Shown here: positions 39,552 to 50,405 of the stretch, piece by piece
Layout: each line of letters begins with the position of its first letter
Position numbering within the stretch: the first letter of the stretch is position 1
IMG/VR virus record: IMGVR_UViG_3300045918_000470
Location: 1 to 64,000 of that record
Source: a virus
DNA length: 64,000 nt
Strand: one strand, 5' to 3'
Notes under the pieces: generated by a model
The model's database searches: none
The model's input: only the letters and a program-made list of their open reading frames with translations
Told to the model about the DNA's origin: nothing
Made by a program: the position numbers and the translations under genes

Positions 39552-41477
39552 ATGATTAAACCAGAATTATTACTCAATTTCTTCCCAAATGGTGACGTAA
39601 CAAAAAGAAGCACCCAAGATTTAACTCGATATGAAACTTTCAAAATAGACTTGGAGTTATTAACTCCATTTCTACCTCAAGACACTTCTCCTCAAACAAG
39701 ACTTTTCTATTTAAAATTAGATATTAAAGAACCTCAAATATGTTATAATCCAAATTGTAATACCCTCGTATTACCCGATAGAAACAATCAATTTAAAAAA
39801 TATTGTTCTAATTTATGTCAGCGGAATGATACAAATAACCTAATTAAATCTAATAATAAAAAATCATTAGAAGCTAAGATTAAAAAAGAATCTAATGTTT
39901 GTGAAATATGTAATAAGATTTTAATTAAAGATAGATTAATAAAAGAACATAGATGTAGTAATTTTGCTTGTACATTAATTGAAAAATATAATTTAAAGAA
40001 CATAGATGATATTATGTTATCTTATAAAAATCACATATTAGAAATAATTAATTTATTAAAAATAGATTATTCTCATATAAATTGGACATCTAACCCATAT
40101 GAGATTTTTTATTGTTTAAATAATAATATTTTGAAAAATCCAAAGTTAAAGTTTGTAGACAATAGAATTGGATATAAGAATATTAAAAAATACAAGTTTT
40201 ATACAAGTAAATATGATTTAGTAATGGAGTTGATTAATACTGAAAAATATAATGCGAGTAGATATAAAATAGTAAGAGAATACTTTGGAGATAATTATTC
40301 AGAAGAAATATATATGATAATCAACAATATAAAAGAATACCAAATATGTGAATGTGGAAATAAAATAAAATTTAAAATATTTTCAAACCCATATTCATCT
40401 GGATGTTCAATACAATGCATTAATAGAATTAATGCTAAGAATAAATCAAAAATAAAATATAATAATTTTAAAATTAAATTAGATACTTTATTATTAGATA
40501 GAAATATAACTATATTGGATGAGTATAAGGGAATGAAAGAATATCAAAGAATTAAATGCTTAGTTTGTGGAGATGAATATACTGGAATAATATCAACATC
40601 AAGTTCTATATGTAGGAAATGTACACCAAAGATTTCTGGATTTTCAAACGCAGAAATTGAAGTTAAAGAATTTATAGAATCGCTTGGATTTATAACTGAA
40701 TCTCGTAGATTTGTTGGATTGAATGAAGTTGATATTTTCATACCTGAATTAAATATTGGGTTTGAATATAATGGGTTATATTGGCATTCAGAATCTATGG
40801 GCAAAGATAAAAATTATCATAAAAATAAGCAAATAATAGCAAACGAATTAGGTATAACTTTATATCATATATTTGAACATCATTGGGTATTAAAAAGAAA
40901 TATAGTCGAATCTATAATTAAATCTAAATTACATAAATTAGATAGATTATGTTATGCAAGACAAGTTATTATAAAAGAAATTGATAATTCAACAAAAAAT
41001 AGTTTTTTGTTAGATAATCATATACAAGGTAAAGATACATCAAGTATTAGATTAGGAGCCTATTTTAATAGTACGCTTGTTTCTGTAATGACTTTCTCTA
41101 AATCAAAATACAAAAAAGATGAAATAGAATTATCAAGATTTTGCACATTGATAGATTATAACATTTCAGGAATGTTTAGTAAATTTCTCAAATTCTTCAA
41201 AAATAATTATGTGTTTAATAATTTAATATCATATGCAGATACGAGTAGAAATCAAGGGAATAAAGTATATGACGCTTACTCATATAAATCGGAAGAAACT
41301 CCTCCATCTTATTGGTATTTTAATGGGTTAGAAGTATATCATAGAAGTACCTTTATGAAACATAAACTAAAAGATAAGTTAGAAATTTTTGATGACAATT
41401 TAACTGAGTACCAAAACATGTTGAATAATGGTTATAGCCGATATTGGGACTGTGGAACTATTAAGTATTATCTTTAA
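39552..41477 (+). CDS. Hef-like/Vsr-type homing endonuclease
   Basis: Very AT-rich; Cys clusters; EVDIFIPELNIGFEYNGLYWHS, YARQ..FL..NHIQG, WDCG. Confidence 0.8.
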   Translation: MIKPELLLNFFPNGDVTKRSTQDLTRYETFKIDLELLTPFLPQDTSPQTRLFYLKLDIKEPQICYNPNCNTLVLPDRNNQFKKYCSNLCQRNDTNNLIKSNNKKSLEAKIKKESNVCEICNKILIKDRLIKEHRCSNFACTLIEKYNLKNIDDIMLSYKNHILEIINLLKIDYSHINWTSNPYEIFYCLNNNILKNPKLKFVDNRIGYKNIKKYKFYTSKYDLVMELINTEKYNASRYKIVREYFGDNYSEEIYMIINNIKEYQICECGNKIKFKIFSNPYSSGCSIQCINRINAKNKSKIKYNNFKIKLDTLLLDRNITILDEYKGMKEYQRIKCLVCGDEYTGIISTSSSICRKCTPKISGFSNAEIEVKEFIESLGFITESRRFVGLNEVDIFIPELNIGFEYNGLYWHSESMGKDKNYHKNKQIIANELGITLYHIFEHHWVLKRNIVESIIKSKLHKLDRLCYARQVIIKEIDNSTKNSFLLDNHIQGKDTSSIRLGAYFNSTLVSVMTFSKSKYKKDEIELSRFCTLIDYNISGMFSKFLKFFKNNYVFNNLISYADTSRNQGNKVYDAYSYKSEETPPSYWYFNGLEVYHRSTFMKHKLKDKLEIFDDNLTEYQNMLNNGYSRYWDCGTIKYYL

Positions 41478-41651
41478 GCAATATTTAATATATATTATGA
41501 TATAATAACACTATGTAGATACCTCTCTACACAGTTTGAAATCAAAAGAAATTTTTTCTTAGTTTTTCAAACCTTCCTCACAATAATTCTCTCACAAAAT
41601 CTTCAATCAATCCTATATTATAAATATCATAATAAGAAAATAGGATTAAAC

Positions 41652-42716
41652 ATGCCAGTAAATATTCAACTGTTAAAGCAAGGAGATCGTTCTCCTGAAA
41701 ATTTTAATACTCCTTTAGTCCAACTAAATACTGGAAAGGAAGATCGTATATCATTACCCTATAAACTAGGTTTAGTGTTAACTTCCGATCTCCAAGGTAA
41801 TAAAACATGGATTCAAAATCTCGATCTTGGGGTAACTGCTGAAACCGCATATCGTGGCGATTTAGGTCAAATTGCATATAATCATAGTCAATCATTTCAT
41901 GATTATTACCCAAATCAAGGTGGTAAGATCAAAGGTGATATTGACCTAAATACTCATAAATTAATCCTAAGCACCACTAATACATTAGAAGCTATAGCAG
42001 CGGACACTGTTGTTACATCAAATGGATTCTTAAAGATAAAAGGCTTGGGTATAAAAATAGATTCGCCTGTAAATGATCTTACAATTAGAAGTTATAGTGG
42101 ACCATGGTCAACAGGTATAGGATTTTATCTAAATGGGGATTATCTCGCATTTGGTAGATGGCAACCAAATGTTGACCGCCCTCAAGATGAACTTGTATTA
42201 TATTCTAGCGCACCAAAAATTTATATTGGTGATCAAGTAAGGGCACAACGTTTAACTGCACCCGTAGTTGTTGCCGGTACATCTCAACTTGACAGTTCAG
42301 GTTTAACAATTGGCGGACAAAAAGTTATTGATAGTTCAGGTACCATATCAGGTGCAAACATTGATTTAGTTGCAGATTATGAATCTGCATGGATTTATGT
42401 AACAGGTGGTAATTATCGCATTACAGTACCTCATGGTATGAATGGCAGACCAAGAATAGCACAATTATTGTTCTCACACAATAATTCTACATCACTCACT
42501 AAAGATGTATATACGATTCCTCATATTCAGACAAACAATAACAACTATTGGTGGTATTGGTGGTATGGTTGGAATGGTTATGGTGCAAACTGTCATACCA
42601 TTGTTGAAAGTTATAATAGTTCAACATATACTATAAAAACAGGATCAGGCGGTGTGTATTCCAATGGTGATTCACAATGGTACTCTGGTTACGTAAAAAT
42701 AATGTTCTGGAAATAA
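41652..42716 (+). CDS. Tail fibre/spike-like protein
   Basis: LGVTAETAYRGDLG; YESAW..VPHGM..P; TATAAATA upstream at 41619. Confidence 0.6.
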   Translation: MPVNIQLLKQGDRSPENFNTPLVQLNTGKEDRISLPYKLGLVLTSDLQGNKTWIQNLDLGVTAETAYRGDLGQIAYNHSQSFHDYYPNQGGKIKGDIDLNTHKLILSTTNTLEAIAADTVVTSNGFLKIKGLGIKIDSPVNDLTIRSYSGPWSTGIGFYLNGDYLAFGRWQPNVDRPQDELVLYSSAPKIYIGDQVRAQRLTAPVVVAGTSQLDSSGLTIGGQKVIDSSGTISGANIDLVADYESAWIYVTGGNYRITVPHGMNGRPRIAQLLFSHNNSTSLTKDVYTIPHIQTNNNNYWWYWWYGWNGYGANCHTIVESYNSSTYTIKTGSGGVYSNGDSQWYSGYVKIMFWK

Positions 42717-42723
42717 GGGGTAA

Positions 42724-43080
42724 ATGATGTACGCATATTATAACGATAAAGGCGATATTATATCGCTTTCGGAAGTTGAGATTATAATCGAAGGTATGAA
42801 AGATATCAAAGTACCAGATGATACAGACCCAACAAAATTTCAAATTATTAATGACAAGCTTGTTACACGTGATGTTCAAGTTCAATCATTTACAAAAATA
42901 ATACAACCAGTAGCTCTCGATGATAATTTTGTTTTTTTAAATTCAACTGATTTTAAAGTTCTTAAATACCGAGATCAATTAGATTTAGGAATTGAAACAT
43001 CACTAACAGCTGATGAATATAAACAATTACTAACTCAAAGACAGGCTGCTCGTGATGCAATCGCAGCTAAACCTAAGTAA
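42724..43080 (+). CDS. Tail fibre assembly chaperone-like protein
   Basis: FLNSTDFKVLKYRDQ..SLTADEY..RQAARDAI. Confidence 0.6.
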   Translation: MMYAYYNDKGDIISLSEVEIIIEGMKDIKVPDDTDPTKFQIINDKLVTRDVQVQSFTKIIQPVALDDNFVFLNSTDFKVLKYRDQLDLGIETSLTADEYKQLLTQRQAARDAIAAKPK

Positions 43081-43091
43081 GGGATGATTTA

Positions 43092-44729
43092 ATGACTACA
43101 TATTTAACAACAGAAGCTGAATTTTTAAATGACCTAGTACAGAATGGTCAGTGGATTTCAGAACAAAAAATTAATGAAGGTTTTCTAGTTCTTAAACGTG
43201 AACAGTTAACAATGAACCGTAGAACAAATATTATATTTGGTGAGAGACCACAAGCGTGGGATGTAAATCATGCATATGCTAAAGGTGATCTTTCTCAAAT
43301 AATTGGACGATATTGGGTTGCATTGCAACCACATACAAATATGCAACCAGACTTTAATCCATTATATTGGGAAGAGATTCCTATTGATATTGATGCTGAT
43401 CAGATAGCATACAATCGTTATATTCTACAAGATACAAATCCAGGTACTACTGATGATACAGTATGGACTTTACCACAAAACAGAAATCAGATTCTAAACA
43501 CGTTCAAACCAGGAAATCTATTTACTGCTATTGATGGACTAGATCGATTAAAAGCAAATTTAAATGGTTCTATATATGAATATTTTTTAATTTCTGATTC
43601 AGATAATCAAGACGCAGCAACCACAAAAAAATATGTACTTGCACAACTATCAACTAAAGCATCATTAGCAGGTAATAATACTATTAAATTTAACGTTGCG
43701 GAACCAACTGCTATTTCACATGCAACCACAAAAGGATATGTGGATACTGAGATTAATGATATTAAAGATTCATTTCTTGGATACGCACGTGTTAATGGTA
43801 ATTCAGCAAATGTATTTAATGTTGCAACCCCAGTACTTGGAACACATGCAGCAAACAAAGGATATATTGATGCGGAGATAGCAAATAAATTTGCTGAAGG
43901 TCACAATAACGTAATCAAGAAAATTGATAAAGTAATCACTCAAGTTTCTATTAATTCATTGAATGTTGGCGTACCGATGATGGTGGGTCAAATTATGATT
44001 TATTCAGGTTCAGCACTTATGTATGAAGGAACAGACTTTAACATCAATAATCAGGATAACACAAGTATTATATGGCTTGAACCACGTAGAAATGGTGAGA
44101 GAATTACTGTGTTGTTTTTATCCGATAATGCATTACAAACAATTCTTGACCCAATCTATGTAAAACAAACTGGTGATTCACTCACTGGTGCAATTAAACA
44201 ACCTGTAGATCCAATTGATGTACAAGATTTGACTAATAAAAAATATGTTGATGCAAAACGTGATGAAGCAAAATTGTATTCAGATAATCAACTTACACAA
44301 AGTAACAATTATGCAGTACCACCTGGCGGTATTATATCGTTCTCAGGAAGTACAGTGGAGGTTGCTAACCTCGCACCGTATTGGTACTTATGTGACGGTT
44401 CACACGGTACACCTGATCTTCGAGGAAGATTTATATTGGGTGCAGGTACATCTGGTGGGACAACCTATATGATTGATCAATTTGGTGGTAGTTCAGATAA
44501 AGCTTTATCGATTGATAATCTTGCGCCACATACACATGAATTATTGATGGGTGAGGAAGGTCCTTCTGAACACACAGCACCAACGGGTTATAATGAATTA
44601 ACATTGAAACCTGTAACTCCTGGGGTTTCAGGAAATTCTACAGTTGTAAATACTGCAGGTGGTGGACAGCCATTTAATATCATGCCTCCATATTATGTAT
44701 TGTCATATATCATGAGAGCAAAATCGTAA
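43092..44729 (+). CDS. Tail fibre with C-terminal tail-collar domain
   Basis: HATTKGYVD-type repeats; VPPGGII..WYLCDG..TPDLRGRFILG..MPPYYVLSYIM. Confidence 0.75.
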   Translation: MTTYLTTEAEFLNDLVQNGQWISEQKINEGFLVLKREQLTMNRRTNIIFGERPQAWDVNHAYAKGDLSQIIGRYWVALQPHTNMQPDFNPLYWEEIPIDIDADQIAYNRYILQDTNPGTTDDTVWTLPQNRNQILNTFKPGNLFTAIDGLDRLKANLNGSIYEYFLISDSDNQDAATTKKYVLAQLSTKASLAGNNTIKFNVAEPTAISHATTKGYVDTEINDIKDSFLGYARVNGNSANVFNVATPVLGTHAANKGYIDAEIANKFAEGHNNVIKKIDKVITQVSINSLNVGVPMMVGQIMIYSGSALMYEGTDFNINNQDNTSIIWLEPRRNGERITVLFLSDNALQTILDPIYVKQTGDSLTGAIKQPVDPIDVQDLTNKKYVDAKRDEAKLYSDNQLTQSNNYAVPPGGIISFSGSTVEVANLAPYWYLCDGSHGTPDLRGRFILGAGTSGGTTYMIDQFGGSSDKALSIDNLAPHTHELLMGEEGPSEHTAPTGYNELTLKPVTPGVSGNSTVVNTAGGGQPFNIMPPYYVLSYIMRAKS

Positions 44730-44738
44730 GGAGATAAC

Positions 44739-45209
44739 ATGGGAACAAAAGTAATTTTAGAGCGTCAAGAACTTCAAGATTTAAGTAGTTATTCAACAAA
44801 GGCTGATTACAATTACCTTTTAGGATTAATTGGTCAGGCATCAGTTGCAGCTGCAGCATCCGCATCAGTTGCAGCTGCAGCTGTAAAGTTAGCATCAACT
44901 AAATCAATCACATTTAACAGTGGTGGGTTTAAATCAGCAGGAACATATAATTATGAACTATCATCTATATTAGGCATTGTTAATCCTGATGCATGGAATT
45001 ATTCAATAAGTGTTTCCGTTCTTGGTGCTACAACTGGTACAACGGGGTATGGTGGCGGTGTTCCCGTTGCTTCGTCAGCACCTTCAGTTTCGGGTTCTGT
45101 TTCAGGACACTCGGCGATAATTGTTGTTTCTGCAAAAGCTGTTGCTGGTTATCATGCAACACAATCGACATTATCATTTGGTGTTACTGTTTCAGCAGCA
45201 ATGAAATAA
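44739..45209 (+). CDS. Hypothetical Ala/Ser/Val/Gly-rich structural protein
   Basis: ORF; duplicated GCATCAGTTGCAGCTGCAGC (ASVAAA twice). Confidence 0.5.
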   Translation: MGTKVILERQELQDLSSYSTKADYNYLLGLIGQASVAAAASASVAAAAVKLASTKSITFNSGGFKSAGTYNYELSSILGIVNPDAWNYSISVSVLGATTGTTGYGGGVPVASSAPSVSGSVSGHSAIIVVSAKAVAGYHATQSTLSFGVTVSAAMK

Positions 45210-45218
45210 AGGAAATTA

Positions 45219-46190
45219 ATGTTTAGTATTGGTTATACAGCAGGATTGAGCGAGGTATTTGAAGAAATTAATACATACGATAAAATTAGTGATGTATATT
45301 TCTCAATACCAAATGCATATACATCATCAGCACGTGCTACTGGGTTCAATGAGAAAATGTTCTATGAGTTGAGAAAGATTCAATCAAAAGGCATAAAACT
45401 TCATTTGGTATTAAATGGTGCAACATATAATGAGGATGTTTATTCAGATGATGGATTGAACAATATTATTAACATTATTGATACCCTTGGTGTTGAAATG
45501 TTAACAATAAACAATACAGCAGTAATGAGATCACATCAGTTTCAAGAATTGAATAAAAAAATTGTCATAAAAAATTCAGTTAATAATAAATTGAAAACGT
45601 TAGATGATGTTATTCAATATGTTTCATTTTTTAAATTTAAACATATTATGTTAGATCGATCACTAAACAGAAATAAAGATGAATTAGAAAAAATTATACA
45701 ATATTGTAAAAACAATGATATAACTACCACATTGCTTGTTAACGAAGGATGTATTGCAAACTGTCCTTATAAACAGTTTTGTGATGATGCACTATCAAAT
45801 CATGACTTAACAAAAAACAATAATTTTTCTGTACTCACGTGTGGTTCAGATTTTGAAAGTGATAAATCACTCACATTGAAATCTCCATTTATCGTTCCAG
45901 GATATATCAATAAATATCGTGATATGGGTATCAATTACTTCAAAATCGCATGTAGAGGAAAACCACTAGAGGATGTGAGATCACGATTGAAAGCTTATAT
46001 GTTTGATAATAAAAATATATCACTCTCCGTTGCATTGGATACCAATCCTCATTACATTTACAAAACTGTTAATGCATATGTTCTAGATGAGTATAATTTT
46101 TTTGAACACACAGTAAATTGTAAGAACAAATGTAATGAATGTAATTACTGCGATACCTTACTTGAAAAATTTCTAAAAGAGGAAAAATAA
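45219..46190 (+). CDS. Peptidase U32-family (Fe-S) protein
   Basis: LDRSLNR, LVNEGCIANCPY, GINYFKIACR, C-terminal CKNKCNECNYC. Confidence 0.75.
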   Translation: MFSIGYTAGLSEVFEEINTYDKISDVYFSIPNAYTSSARATGFNEKMFYELRKIQSKGIKLHLVLNGATYNEDVYSDDGLNNIINIIDTLGVEMLTINNTAVMRSHQFQELNKKIVIKNSVNNKLKTLDDVIQYVSFFKFKHIMLDRSLNRNKDELEKIIQYCKNNDITTTLLVNEGCIANCPYKQFCDDALSNHDLTKNNNFSVLTCGSDFESDKSLTLKSPFIVPGYINKYRDMGINYFKIACRGKPLEDVRSRLKAYMFDNKNISLSVALDTNPHYIYKTVNAYVLDEYNFFEHTVNCKNKCNECNYCDTLLEKFLKEEK

Positions 46191-46834
46191 TGATTAAATT
46201 ATATGAAACACAAGAGGAACGAAACTCGTTTCAACAACTATTCGAATCTCAAAGATCAATACTTGTTGATGAATACGATGAAAATAAATCTTTGATGATT
46301 TTTGTTAATGAACAATCAGGGATTATAAAAGGATATATGTACTCTGAACATCTCCCAGTTTCTGTATCACATAATGATGGGTTAAAAGAAGTAAATCTTG
46401 GTAAGGTTTCAAAGGAAGATTATCAACTAGCAATTATGTGTGTTGATGATTATTTGGATAGTTTTCCCGTTTACGATTTTGCACGTAAAGAAATGGGATT
46501 AGTGTTCCTAGTTGTAAATGGTGTAAACTGCACCCTTGATGAACAATCAGGTAAATTTTCATTGAATGAAGGGGAAACATCATATAAATTTCATCTTATC
46601 ATTGAAGATCCTATTGATGATATTGATCATTTTAGCTCAACATATGTTAAACAACAAGATAAAAATCCTGAAACAATAAAAATTGGTGGACAAAAAACAT
46701 CAAAGAAAACTATTAAGAATAAGAGTACCTTTACCATTGAAAATTTAAAAGGTGCAGAGCAAACATTAAAAGTTAAATGTACTTTAAATAATGAAACTGA
46801 TGTGTGGTTAGTTAAATACATTACAATTCAGTGA
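46190..46834 (+). CDS. Hypothetical protein
   Basis: ORF coupled to the U32 gene (TAATG). Confidence 0.55.
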   Translation: MIKLYETQEERNSFQQLFESQRSILVDEYDENKSLMIFVNEQSGIIKGYMYSEHLPVSVSHNDGLKEVNLGKVSKEDYQLAIMCVDDYLDSFPVYDFARKEMGLVFLVVNGVNCTLDEQSGKFSLNEGETSYKFHLIIEDPIDDIDHFSSTYVKQQDKNPETIKIGGQKTSKKTIKNKSTFTIENLKGAEQTLKVKCTLNNETDVWLVKYITIQ

Positions 46835-46841
46835 GGTAAAT

Positions 46842-48260
46842 ATGATTACATTAATGCGTAATAAAGGAACGTTTCTTTCTGCAGGTGAGATGGATGATAA
46901 TCTTCATCAACTTGATATAAATCGTGTTAAACTTGATACGGATGCAGCAGTCGCAGGAATTAAAACTTTTACAAAATCACCTCGTGGTGTAGATGTATTA
47001 GTTGATGATGTCAATCAATTTCAGGCATTCCCAATATCCCTTTTATCAACTGTATCGAGTACTACAACTGTAGTTAGTGTTGAAATACCAGTTAACCCAG
47101 ATTCCACTAAAAATAAAACATGGATACAGATTAATAGTAGTAATGATGTACAAACCATATTTTTTAAACTGAGCACTGAATGGGATTTATTTACTAATCC
47201 AAGGAAAATCGTATCTTTCGGTTGGTATACATTCATTGAAAAATCTGATGGAACCGTATGGGCCTGTGGATATAATTACAGAGGCCAACTTGGTTTAGGT
47301 GATACGATTAATAGAAATGTATTTACTAAAATTGATACACAATTTGATAATCCAAGTAAAATTGCATGTGGGTATAATCATACATTTATAGAAAAAAATG
47401 ATGGCACTGTTTGGGGTTGTGGATGGAATGGTACCGGTGGGTTAGGGTTAGGTAATAATCTTAGCACCGAGGTGTTTACACAATTATCTACGGAATTTAA
47501 TAATCCAAATAAAATAGCATTAGGTGGTGGTAACACTTTCATTGAAAAATCTGATGGAACCGTATGGGCCTGTGGATATAATGACTTTAGTCAGTTAGGT
47601 TTAGGTGATACTCTTGATAGAAATGTGTTTACACAATTACCAGATGTTACATTTCCAAGTAAAATTGCATGTGGGTATAATCATACATTTATAGAAAAAA
47701 ATGATGGCACTGTTTGGGGTTGTGGATGGAATGGTACCGGGGCATGTGGAACTGGTGATTTTTCATCGAGGAGTGTGTTTACACAATTATCTACGGAATT
47801 TAATAATCCAAATAAAATAGCATTAGGTGGTGGTAACACTTTCATTGAAAAATCTGATGGAACCGTATGGGCCTGTGGATATAATGACTTTAGTCAGTTA
47901 GGTTTAGGTGATACTCTTGATAGAAATGTGTTTACACAATTACCAGTAGAATTTAATCACCCAAATAAAATAAAATTTGAAAATAAAAGTACTTTCATTG
48001 AAAAATCTGATGGAACCGTATGGGCCTGTGGATATAATGATTCTGGACAGTTTGGTTTAGGGAATGAAATGAATACAACTGTATTCACCCAGATACCAAA
48101 TATAATATCACCAAGCAAAATAACTACGGGCAATGAAAGCACTTTCATTGAAAAATCTGATGGAACCGTCTGGGCATGTGGATGGAATGGTAATGGTGAG
48201 TTAGGACTCGGTGATACGATTAATAGAAATGTGTTTACACTTATACCAAAGATTCCTTAA
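46842..48260 (+). CDS. Tail fibre/RBP-like protein with seven RCC1/BLIP-II repeats
   Basis: Shared N-terminal motif; seven FIEK[SN]DGTVW[AG]CG repeats. Confidence 0.78.
   Translation: MITLMRNKGTFLSAGEMDDNLHQLDINRVKLDTDAAVAGIKTFTKSPRGVDVLVDDVNQFQAFPISLLSTVSSTTTVVSVEIPVNPDSTKNKTWIQINSSNDVQTIFFKLSTEWDLFTNPRKIVSFGWYTFIEKSDGTVWACGYNYRGQLGLGDTINRNVFTKIDTQFDNPSKIACGYNHTFIEKNDGTVWGCGWNGTGGLGLGNNLSTEVFTQLSTEFNNPNKIALGGGNTFIEKSDGTVWACGYNDFSQLGLGDTLDRNVFTQLPDVTFPSKIACGYNHTFIEKNDGTVWGCGWNGTGACGTGDFSSRSVFTQLSTEFNNPNKIALGGGNTFIEKSDGTVWACGYNDFSQLGLGDTLDRNVFTQLPVEFNHPNKIKFENKSTFIEKSDGTVWACGYNDSGQFGLGNEMNTTVFTQIPNIISPSKITTGNESTFIEKSDGTVWACGWNGNGELGLGDTINRNVFTLIPKIP
47352..47946 (+). repeat. Near-identical 303-bp tandem duplication inside the RCC1 gene
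   Basis: ccaagtaaaattgcatgtggg.. at 47352 and 47655; copies differ mainly in GLGLGNNLSTE versus ACGTGDFSSRS. Confidence 0.8.
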
Positions 48261-50326
48261 CCAAAATTGCTATCAACATATCTATCTTCAGATTCACGAT
48301 ATGAATTCCAATCTGCGAATTCATTTCTGTGAATACTATCATCTATCTCATCAAATGAACCAAATGCGAATACTTCTTCAAAAGTTGTATCTTCCTCATC
48401 TTCATCCATTTCCTCAAATAACGAGTCAATAAATTTTTTCTGATCTTCAAGATTTCTTATATCTTTAATAGGTGCAAATGAAATAGCAAGTGCCATTACA
48501 AGGTCATCATGATAACCATCATCCGCTTGATATTTTCCTTTAATATCGATAAAATGATAGAATTCATCAATAGTTGCATGATCTTTTAGTATTAATCTAT
48601 CATTTTCAAGAAATGTACGTAATAAACTTAATGTTACCTTACGTGAACGTGACGTTGTTCTAAACCCAAAATATCTACGCATTTTTCCGTCTTTGCCGGG
48701 CGCATCCTTATATACATTTTCATACTCGTATGTGTTCGTAACAGAATCTACAAGTGATTGACCTGCACCTTCATTATTTTCTACAACTAAAAATGCATTA
48801 TTATATTCCTTACATAACTCAGTTAGAGGACCAGCAAGTTTAAGATAACTTATATCGAGATTTGCAGATGCCACTTGTATGAATGGGAATTTTGTAACAT
48901 TTATCATCTGAATAGCAATTTTATCAAGACCATCTTTAGCACTATCAACAGCACAAATATATTTTGATTTTTCCTCAGGCATATCATAAACACGTAAGCC
49001 ATCAATGAATTTATTTACATGCAATGGAGGCACTGGAACCATACGCTGTAATGCAAGATGTGATATTAGCGTATCATCAGAACCTTCAAATTGACAATTA
49101 TGATTTATTATATTATTTGCAACATAATTGTGGTTATATGTGTGTAAAATATCATAAACATACTCAGCATCCCCAATTCTTATATCTATAATTTTTTCTA
49201 ATCCAGTAATAGACTCAAGATAATCACCTATAATTAAATCTCGTGCATATACGTCTTTATCATTGATAACAAACATATGATCTATAGATACTGTTATTGA
49301 ATTTTTTTCCAACTCAAATATAATTGTATTTTTTAGTATTTTTTTAATACCATCGAAAGGAGATAATCCATCAGACGTTTTTATTAAATATCTACTATTA
49401 ATAATACCTGTAGGTGCATCTAAAAATCTTATACATTTTGATAATGTCTCGTTAGGATTATTCTTATATTCATTTTCATTTATGAATAAAATATCATAAC
49501 CTTTAGATTTACATATATTATATCTTGAAATATCATTTTTATAGACTTCTGGGGTGTTATGCCAATAACCCCCATTAAATTCTATTATCTTATTTAGATA
49601 CATAAAATCTAAATTTATTCTTACTTTGTTTTTAGTTAATATTAATTTATCATATTTGTTTAAATTTATATGTTTCTCATAATTTAACTCTTCAAAAAAT
49701 ATCTCAGATTTATCATCCATTTTATCATAAATTTTCCAGAATAACTCTTGAGATATTTTTGAATAATTTCTTGAAGTATTCCTATTAGAAAAGTTTTTAT
49801 CCCAATATTCATCATATCTTAAATTTCCGTTTCCTGGAAATTTATCTTCAAAATACTGTAATGTATTTCTTCCTTTAGATATATTAGACTGACTCAAACA
49901 ATTCTCGTTATATCTTGTGGTACCTTCATCTAAACCATATTTTTGAATAAAAAAATCTTTTGAATTTGTTGCTGGCTTACATGATGGACACCATTTTATA
50001 AATCTAAAATCTACAGAGTCCCATTTTATTCTTGAATTACAATTACAATATATTTGTTGTTCCTGGTCTTTTAAAAATATTATTCTTGCACGTAATGTTA
50101 TATTTTTTCCATTATTAAGTAACGATGTATGTCTAATAATAGATCTATATAATTTAGGATTATCTTTAATCATTGTTCTGTGCCCGCCAGATTTTAAATA
50201 CATGTCAAGGTCTTTAAAATCAATAATATTTAATAATTCTTTCTCATCATATACATCACCATCATTATTTTTTTCTAAAATATGTTTGTTTTTGGTTTTT
50301 TCTTTAATTATTGTATAATCTCTCAT
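48257..50326 (-). CDS. gp17: Endonuclease + C-intein + large terminase C-terminal (nuclease) extein
   Basis: LDFMYLNKIIEFNGGYWH endonuclease; intein blocks VSIDHMF, YVYDI..INHN; then CQFEGS..VVENNEGAG..GYHDDLVMALA. Confidence 0.88.
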   Translation of the reverse strand: MRDYTIIKEKTKNKHILEKNNDGDVYDEKELLNIIDFKDLDMYLKSGGHRTMIKDNPKLYRSIIRHTSLLNNGKNITLRARIIFLKDQEQQIYCNCNSRIKWDSVDFRFIKWCPSCKPATNSKDFFIQKYGLDEGTTRYNENCLSQSNISKGRNTLQYFEDKFPGNGNLRYDEYWDKNFSNRNTSRNYSKISQELFWKIYDKMDDKSEIFFEELNYEKHINLNKYDKLILTKNKVRINLDFMYLNKIIEFNGGYWHNTPEVYKNDISRYNICKSKGYDILFINENEYKNNPNETLSKCIRFLDAPTGIINSRYLIKTSDGLSPFDGIKKILKNTIIFELEKNSITVSIDHMFVINDKDVYARDLIIGDYLESITGLEKIIDIRIGDAEYVYDILHTYNHNYVANNIINHNCQFEGSDDTLISHLALQRMVPVPPLHVNKFIDGLRVYDMPEEKSKYICAVDSAKDGLDKIAIQMINVTKFPFIQVASANLDISYLKLAGPLTELCKEYNNAFLVVENNEGAGQSLVDSVTNTYEYENVYKDAPGKDGKMRRYFGFRTTSRSRKVTLSLLRTFLENDRLILKDHATIDEFYHFIDIKGKYQADDGYHDDLVMALAISFAPIKDIRNLEDQKKFIDSLFEEMDEDEEDTTFEEVFAFGSFDEIDDSIHRNEFADWNSYRESEDRYVDSNFG

Positions 50327-50405
50327 AGAAATCCTTTATTGTTATATCTATATATTCACCAGTTAATGTATCAAATATATTTATAATAGAATTTTCACCA
50401 ACACA
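49097..50405 (-). mobile_element. Split intein with endonuclease in TerL
   Basis: Cys1 at 50403-50405; His-Asn end at 49097 followed by Cys+1; interrupted by a stop and restart at 50304-50326. Confidence 0.85.

Noticed and set aside
16650-48260. CRISPR-like arrays in the repeated regions
   Set aside because: The repeats are in-frame protein-coding units (99-bp fibre repeats and RCC1 blades) without unique spacers.
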